Positions 57,900 to 64,000 of a DNA stretch of 64,000 nt are shown in pieces. The position numbers and the translations under genes were made by a program. The notes under the pieces were generated by a model. The model saw only the letters and a program-made list of their open reading frames with translations. It did no database searches and was not told the DNA's origin. Source of the DNA: Veleropilina oligotropha (lineage: Eukaryota); assembly GCA_048128005.1 (NCBI GenBank), contig JBEUKZ010000008.1:558001-622000 (forward strand). The letters are read 5' to 3'. Every line of letters begins with the position of its first letter. Position 1 is the stretch's first letter.

Positions 57900-58394
57900 C
57901 TATCGCATATGGAACGGGTTGTGCTCATTCTTCAATTCGGTGGTGGCCCTCGAGGGGTGGGCTGCCTCGCCTGTGCTAGTGGCTGTTGATGTGGTATGGA
58001 TGGACCACTGCTGCGTTTCCAGACAACAAATAGCAACGCAACCCCGCCTGCAGCGAAGAGTCCATAGGCCCAATTAAATGCTGGGGTGGGGGGAGGTCCG
58101 ATTTCCGGCCCGTGCGAACGTCGTTTTCGACCGCGGTCACCTCGGCCGCGGGGCACCACTGTGTTTTTGTTGTTGGGGCTGTGCCTCCGGTAGTTCTGGA
58201 ACTGTGCGGGTGTCTTCCTTAAGTTTTCGAACCTCGGCAAGTAGCGTCTCCTGTTTGGCCTTCCTCGCAGCAGCTCCGGCCCTCCCTGCAGCCACCTTCT
58301 TAGGGTCCTTCCCCGAAGAAGAGGTCACCCTCTCTATCGTCTCTATCGGCTGGGTCACCCTCTCTATCGGCTGGTCCGTTTCCGGCGTCGTCAT
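57900..58394 (-). pseudogene. Frameshifted homolog of 22478..22969
   Basis: The N-half (KDPKKVAAGRAG), the TM part (FNW...FVVWK) and the terminal NPFHMR are not in one continuous frame. Confidence 0.7.
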
Positions 58395-59064
58395 CTTGAT
58401 CTCGCTCTCGCTCTCGCGATATTTTGGGCGGGCAGACGTGTCCAAATCGGCAGTGCTTAGCCGTGGTCAGCGCGGCAGTCAACGGCGCGAGATACGAGCC
58501 GTACTGATGATAAAGCTCACAGCTTGCGGTGCACAGGGCATGTGAGATGAAAGGGTCGGCCTCGAGGTCAGCGACCAGACGTGGTTGGTTCTCCGGTGGA
58601 ATGGGCAAGAACATCCCAGCTGCACCCGCATAAAGCTGTATAGCGGCAGTCCCCAGAGTCTTCGTCATCTCCGCACCGAGCCTCGCTTCGTACCGTGCGT
58701 GGTGTTTGTCGATCTCATCATCGGTCATCTCGTCGATTCGGTCAATTGTGAGGTTGCGCCCCAAGTATCTGTGGGCCTGTCCTCCAACGGCTAGCGCGGC
58801 AAGCCTCTCCCGCTTCTTTGCCGTGCCTACGGAGTTACTGACAGGTTCCTCGCCATCGGTCGTCGAGCGGGGTGGGCCCCCCGGGGTGACGGTCGTTTCT
58901 TGTTCGTCGTCCATGAGTTGGTCGATCAGGCTGTCCATCCTGAAGCGTTTCCAACATCGCCTCGCCGGTCTAATATAACTGTAAATCCAGTACCACAATG
59001 TAGCGAGTAGCAGCAACATCAGGCTCTGGCTGCAAGCAAAAGCTATATATACCGCGTCCGACAT
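58300..59064 (-). CDS. 254-aa protein, homolog of 22872..23627
   Basis: Conserved throughout. Confidence 0.8.
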   Translation of the reverse strand: MSDAVYIAFACSQSLMLLLLATLWYWIYSYIRPARRCWKRFRMDSLIDQLMDDEQETTVTPGGPPRSTTDGEEPVSNSVGTAKKRERLAALAVGGQAHRYLGRNLTIDRIDEMTDDEIDKHHARYEARLGAEMTKTLGTAAIQLYAGAAGMFLPIPPENQPRLVADLEADPFISHALCTASCELYHQYGSYLAPLTAALTTAKHCRFGHVCPPKISRERERDQDDDAGNGPADREGDPADRDDREGDLFFGEGP

Positions 59065-59096
59065 GCCTGGTAGATGCCTAGCTTGCTAAGTAGATG

Positions 59097-59729
59097 CTAC
59101 TGCACACTATAAGCAACGGGCTGATCAGTCTTTAACAGCAGCTTGGCGTGTTTGGTCTCGGCCAACAGCCGGCGCACCGCAGTCCGTTCATCCTGAGACC
59201 CGATTACGTCATTCTCGCGAAGACAGTCCTCGAAGGAGTCCCGGTCCTTACAATGAAACAGCGCGATCCAGCGGGTCTGCTCTCGCAGCTCCTTCAGGAC
59301 CGAGTTGTACTTCTGCGTCACCACCCATACACTCTGGGAGGCATGCCTTCCGCTAAAGGCCAGCTCAGTCAGCATGTCCCTCCTCTTGGCGAGGGCTTTG
59401 CTGGCCGCACAGTCGTCGACTATATACAGGGTCGACTCCCCCTGAAAAAGCCGGTAGAACCCCCGCAACCAGTCATGGAGTCGCTCACCAGGGGGGATTA
59501 TGTACACCTCAGGGTCAGTCCAGATCCATGGACAGGACTGGTAGGCTTTATTGTACTTGATCGTGGGGCAGAGGATCACAATGTGCCGGAACACCCCCCG
59601 ATAGACACCTTTCAGCAGTTCAAGCATGAAAACCGTCTTCCCACAACCGGTCTGGCCGCATATGATCGCGGAGTGGGGGTCCTTGGTGTGCGGGAACCGC
59701 TTAGTAGAGCGCGGTGACAAATCGGCCAT
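59097..59729 (-). CDS. A32-like packaging ATPase
   Basis: GQTGCGKT, YIVDD, FSGRH, VTQKY. Confidence 0.93.
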   Translation of the reverse strand: MADLSPRSTKRFPHTKDPHSAIICGQTGCGKTVFMLELLKGVYRGVFRHIVILCPTIKYNKAYQSCPWIWTDPEVYIIPPGERLHDWLRGFYRLFQGESTLYIVDDCAASKALAKRRDMLTELAFSGRHASQSVWVVTQKYNSVLKELREQTRWIALFHCKDRDSFEDCLRENDVIGSQDERTAVRRLLAETKHAKLLLKTDQPVAYSVQ

Positions 59730-61005
59730 TCTCGATGTTCAGCTGCGCGCCCATGACCACGTATTGATAGACGTTCAACGGGCCGGCTGCCTCGCCTATC
59801 TTCGTGATCTGAATAGTGATACCCTCACTGCTGTTATCTACCTTCCGGCCGGAGCCGTGGAGGACGTCGTCGTCAGTTACCCGCAAATCGATCCATAAAG
59901 CATACTTTTTCGTCAAGAACTGGCCCAGGGTCACGTCTGCCAATGCCAAATCCTTGGCAACCAACGCCACCTCAGGAAGCCTCTTGCTGATCGGGTTGGA
60001 GGCGAACAGCTTCCTGGCTTCGTCCCACATCTGGTGGGAACGCATGCCCACGCTGAAGTTTTGATTCGGCACGCCCTCAATGGTGATCTCCACACTGGTA
60101 ATTTTCGGGTTGTAGAATGCCTCAGTGTCCCTGGCAAATGGTGCGGCGTCTCTCGCGGGATCCTCGAACAGAAGTAAGATCCCCTTCATGGATTTCGCCG
60201 GAACGTTCACATTCAAATTCCACAGTGTGTCACTTTTATCCCTGGTGAGCTTACGATACCGGAGCACACGGTCGTAGAGGATGGCGATACGGCCCGAGTA
60301 TTGGTTATGTATCAGCCTGGCAAGATCGACCTGGGTGACCATGTCATACTCCAGGCTAATGTTGTCGATGCTGTAGCTGGAACTGGGGTCATCGGTGTCC
60401 CGGATCGTCCTTGAGTGATCATTGAAGGTGAGCTCGTACTCAAGACGGTCTCCAAGGGCACTTTGGTAGAACGGCATATGGCTCTCCAGCAACTCGAAAT
60501 CCAGCGGGATGCGGAACCTTGGGCCGTACGCGTCCGAGATGGCCGTGTCCTCAGAACGTCTGAATGCTCCCTCAGCGCCGACACGGTTCTTCGTAGTATT
60601 GTGGCCGTCGCTGGTATCGATACCCTGATAGTGGGCGCTGTTGCGTTCCTGGGGTGTCTTCCAGAGGTCACAGTAGCAGTGATACACGTCGGAGTCGTCT
60701 ATAGACAAGATCTCATTGCCACTGATCTTGATCGTGGTCTTTTTGACCACGGCGCATCCGATGTTCTGCACCACGGTCCTGCCCGGGTTAGCCGAGGTCA
60801 GAGAAATTGTGAATGCGAGGTGGGCAGTCCCTGGTACGATAACGTCGTGAGCCCCGAGATTCGGGAACCGAACCAACAGCTGCTGGTTTGCGGCAATCGT
60901 GGATGGGTTGTTTGTTATCGTGACCGACTGTCGGATACCCTTGACCCCAAGAGGCTCTCGCAGTCTGCGGTATGGATCAAGCATGCGTCCGTATAGGCTG
61001 GCCAT
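59701..61005 (-). CDS. Probable major capsid protein, 434 aa
   Basis: Homolog of 24293..25594; the start MASLYGR aligns with MTSVYGR. Confidence 0.75.
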   Translation of the reverse strand: MASLYGRMLDPYRRLREPLGVKGIRQSVTITNNPSTIAANQQLLVRFPNLGAHDVIVPGTAHLAFTISLTSANPGRTVVQNIGCAVVKKTTIKISGNEILSIDDSDVYHCYCDLWKTPQERNSAHYQGIDTSDGHNTTKNRVGAEGAFRRSEDTAISDAYGPRFRIPLDFELLESHMPFYQSALGDRLEYELTFNDHSRTIRDTDDPSSSYSIDNISLEYDMVTQVDLARLIHNQYSGRIAILYDRVLRYRKLTRDKSDTLWNLNVNVPAKSMKGILLLFEDPARDAAPFARDTEAFYNPKITSVEITIEGVPNQNFSVGMRSHQMWDEARKLFASNPISKRLPEVALVAKDLALADVTLGQFLTKKYALWIDLRVTDDDVLHGSGRKVDNSSEGITIQITKIGEAAGPLNVYQYVVMGAQLNIENGRFVTALY

Positions 61006-61047
61006 GTTGTAGGCTGAATTAGATGCGTAATCTGCGTATGCATTCAA

Positions 61048-62373
61048 ATGGCGGAATTCCCGAACCCCGCATTCGAGCTTGATGATTTCATCGACAACGA
61101 TGATCTCATCGACAACGATGATACCATCATCGACGATATTGATGTGGATAGATCTGCCGACCGGTTTATGCCGGCGCCACAGGAAGGAACCAGCAGTCAG
61201 CGGCAAGAGCTCGTGAAGGATGCGGTGGATGGCTACTACGAAGCCCTGTCGAAGGAGGGGCAGACCCTGCCCCCGTATCGTGATTATGCCCAGTTCGAGT
61301 ACGTGGATGGGGAGGGATTGCGGCTGAAGAAATATCCACGCATCGATCTCATCAATTCGAAATCTAAAAAACCAAATGCTTTGTCAACGATAGCTAACCG
61401 GCGTGATGGGGGTAAAGCCATCAGGAAGGGTTTGGGGTTCGCAGAATGGAAGCGGCCAGAGAAGCGGGGGAAAGGGGGACAGAAGAAGATGTCCTCAAAA
61501 GCGGTTGCGGCATTTCAGACAGCCGACAACGAGTTGGCGGCGGCCAACGTAGACACCGTGGAACTGTGGGACTTGGGGCAGACAGCTACTGAGGCATCAG
61601 TAGCAATCCACACAATGGAGACGACGTTCACAGATGCTGAGGTTGATGAGATCTTAGGCACGATGGGGGACCCCCCATTAAATCTTCGTGAGCTTCGCGG
61701 CCTGGACAAGGCGATGCAGACAATCCGAGGCGAACTCACGAACAACCTGGCCAAGATAACGGCGCTGGACGACCACATAGCTCTGGAGAAGAGGAAGCTC
61801 GCTCAGGCAGATGAAGGAGGTGTCGAGGAGTTCGTTCGTCGACGCATCGCGGAACGTCTTCGCAACTTAAATGATGAACGAGCAGCTCGCCTAGAGGCAG
61901 CCTCATCCAGCCGGGATGCCCTTCGCTCTCAAATTAGCCGGATTCGAGAGATGATAAGTCGGATTCTCCACTCCGACACCACGCTTGCCGAGCGCGTCCG
62001 GACCCTATTCCGCGAGCAAGGGGTCACGATCGTGACTATACTGACCGCGATTGGTATGGCCATCTCGACACTGGTACTAGCCCTAACAGGCGGAGCGCCG
62101 AGCATCGCACCAACACCACCACCTCCCAGTGGTAAAGGCGTGAAGGAATGGGTCAAAAAGCAGCTGCAAGCCCTGGGTCGGATTCTGGGCAAACTAGCGG
62201 GGAAGGTGGCAGCCGCACTCCCAGGCATGATTGGCAGCCTGCTTTCCTGGCTTATCAACCTGGTTGGCAAGACGGCGTCGTGGCTGGCCGACCACCTGTG
62301 GGCTGTGATTATATCTGTCGGGGGCTTGCTTCTGATGGCCGCTAGCCGGTTTGGGGTGCTGCCAGCCAAATGA
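61048..62373 (+). CDS. 441-aa coiled-coil/membrane protein, homolog of 25631..26947
   Basis: Conserved C-terminal two-thirds; more variable residues ~40-150. Confidence 0.8.
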   Translation: MAEFPNPAFELDDFIDNDDLIDNDDTIIDDIDVDRSADRFMPAPQEGTSSQRQELVKDAVDGYYEALSKEGQTLPPYRDYAQFEYVDGEGLRLKKYPRIDLINSKSKKPNALSTIANRRDGGKAIRKGLGFAEWKRPEKRGKGGQKKMSSKAVAAFQTADNELAAANVDTVELWDLGQTATEASVAIHTMETTFTDAEVDEILGTMGDPPLNLRELRGLDKAMQTIRGELTNNLAKITALDDHIALEKRKLAQADEGGVEEFVRRRIAERLRNLNDERAARLEAASSSRDALRSQISRIREMISRILHSDTTLAERVRTLFREQGVTIVTILTAIGMAISTLVLALTGGAPSIAPTPPPPSGKGVKEWVKKQLQALGRILGKLAGKVAAALPGMIGSLLSWLINLVGKTASWLADHLWAVIISVGGLLLMAASRFGVLPAK

Positions 62374-63639
62374 ACGCTAGGCCAACGACGACGCCACCCA
62401 CAATAAGTGCGGTTTTCTCCTCGTCATGTGAGGCAGCTGCCCCCCGGCTGAAACAGCTGCCCCCCGGGGGGCCTCATCGTTTGGATGCTTCGGAGCATCT
62501 GCCCGTAAGACTGCGTCTTGTGGAATTACCAGTCCTTTCTCTCCAGTCTCCCCTCCGGCGTTGGGTGGAATACTGGCCGCGTTGACGGTCGTATTAAGAC
62601 CGAGTGTCTGGTCTTCCGTGGCAACGACGATCTCGTTGTTATAACCAGCCACCTGACCTATTCGCAGGAGCATGTCACTTGGCGCCATGTACAGGCCCCG
62701 GCCGCATACGAAGTCTACCTTGGACCTGGCATACTGTAGCACCTCCTGGTACCTTTTGATTGCTGCTGGGAGGTCCACCGGCGATGCGATGGCATCTTCC
62801 ACGTTCGCCAGGAACTGTTTCTGCGCGTCAAATGCCGTCCCACTACCCAGAATGCCTGCACGCGTTTGAGCCTGCGCTCCAAGAATCGCCCAGACGTAGG
62901 TCCTGATGGAGTCATTGAGCCTCTCCACGCCGGCCCAGGTAAATCCCGCCGACTTGTCCAGTATAAAGGAAGCCCAGCCGTTTGAAAGGGCAGGCGCTTG
63001 CGCGATGTAGTCCACGTGCAGATTCGAGTTGGTCGTACCTTTTGTGAATGACATTCGGCTTGGATCGTACTCACGTCCTATGGGGTGGTAGCCGTTGTTC
63101 GTCCAGTAGCTGAAAGCGGTGCCGAGCCCTTTATTGGGACCCTCGACTCGCCAGTCGGTATGTGGGGACACTCCGAATTCGCTGCAGATCTTTTCGTATG
63201 CCCTTCGGTCATACGGGGTGTCGAATGCATCCCACGTCCTGTCTTGTGGCAGCGGCGCCTGAATTTCGGTCAGAACCCTTCTGACCTGATAGTAGACGTG
63301 GAAGGTGAATACAGCTCTGGAGAGGGGGTCGGTCGCATTCAAGTGGTCTTCTGCAGAGATCCCGGAACCTGTTGTAGCACACCATACGGCGAAGTTGACT
63401 TGGTTTTGCCAGTACTGCATTGGCGTGCTGTGCCAGGCATGGATTAGCTGGTCACTCGTGACATTTGGAAGGCGGTATTTTTGGAAGACGTCTGGGTAGT
63501 CGGCCCCGAATGCCGAAGATTCAGACGAGGCGACAACGACGCTTGGTTTTGTAAGCTGCTCATCTTGGATCTTTGCTGGGTACACCACACCGGTCGGATA
63601 GGCCGCACTCCCATTAAACGCAAAGGCGCTCTTAGCCAT
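62342..63639 (-). pseudogene. Homolog of 26940..28223 with a frameshift near the C-run at 62440-62445 that removes the TM anchor
   Basis: HDEEKTALIVGGVVVGLAFIWL is present but out of frame. A homopolymer sequencing error is possible. Confidence 0.7.
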
Positions 63640-63643
63640 AGCT

Positions 63644-64000
63644 ATGTTCCACACATTAACAAACATTCAAACGGGGACCGCGGTTGCCCTCCTGCAACCG
63701 ATAGATAACCGGGACGGCAAACTATGCGTCGGCCTGCGCTTGCTCGACTATTGGGTCGGTTGGCATAACGTACACGCAGGAGCCTTCCTCCAAACCCCCG
63801 ATACGACGGTCAAGGTAGCACCGGGTTTCTACAGCTTCGATTCCCTCGCCAAGACAATGAAGAGGTCGCTAGTTAACATACAGCTAGATGTAAACCATGC
63901 TACGGGACTCGCGCGACTCGTGGTTCCAGAGGGGACTCGACTCGCGATAAGCGACGATATAAGGAAGCTCCTCGGCTTAAACCTGTCTTCGTTCATTCTC
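63644..64000 (+). CDS. Probable penton (minor capsid) gene, 5' part, truncated by the window
   Basis: MFHTLTNIQTGTAVALLQPIDNRDGKLCV is homologous to 28231. Confidence 0.8.
   Translation, partial: MFHTLTNIQTGTAVALLQPIDNRDGKLCVGLRLLDYWVGWHNVHAGAFLQTPDTTVKVAPGFYSFDSLAKTMKRSLVNIQLDVNHATGLARLVVPEGTRLAISDDIRKLLGLNLSSFIL

Larger units (their letters stand above)
51009..64000 (+). mobile_element. Element 2: second Polinton-type element, colinear with element 1, partly decayed, continues past the window
   Basis: Starts AGCAGCAGGG; same gene order through the penton gene; frameshifts in at least three genes. Confidence 0.92.

Noticed and set aside
59701..61206. 501-aa version of the element 2 capsid ORF, and other track ORFs extended to non-ATG or upstream starts
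   Set aside because: The extension overlaps the divergent gene and is absent from element 1. Starts were reset to ATGs supported by both copies.

Overview
AT-rich, repeat-dense eukaryotic genomic DNA. It is probably from an invertebrate (tRNA-derived SINEs, RTE/CR1-type LINE fragments, a GPCR pseudogene, a spliced host exon); the species cannot be determined from the sequence. The window is dominated by two related GC-rich endogenous Polinton/Maverick-type DNA virus-like elements in the same orientation. Element 1 (15685-31578, 15.9 kb) is complete, with ~290-bp TIRs, AG...CT termini, a 5-bp TSD (ACTAA) and 17 open, tightly packed ORFs. Element 2 (51009 to the window end) is colinear, partly decayed and truncated by the window. 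Both encode a DDE integrase, an A32-like packaging ATPase and probable major and minor capsid proteins. I see no adenain-type protease in the complete element. Their replicase is an unusual ~1280-aa polyprotein: an OTU-like Cys/His module, a highly divergent family-B polymerase core with no recognisable exonuclease, a superfamily-1 helicase and a C-terminal HNH-like nuclease. Element 1 also carries several membrane proteins, one with adjacent PSAP and LYPxL late-domain-like motifs, and a secreted 8-Cys prepropeptide. The rest of the window holds a nested RTE > DIRS/Ngaro-like retroelement > foldback insertion (2.3-9.5 kb), a GPCR pseudogene, MITEs and SINEs, a ~9-kb nested inverted-repeat structure (33.2-42.3 kb), and a 4.4-kb host exon encoding a secreted low-complexity protein. 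All protein assignments are by visual motif recognition; no searches were run.
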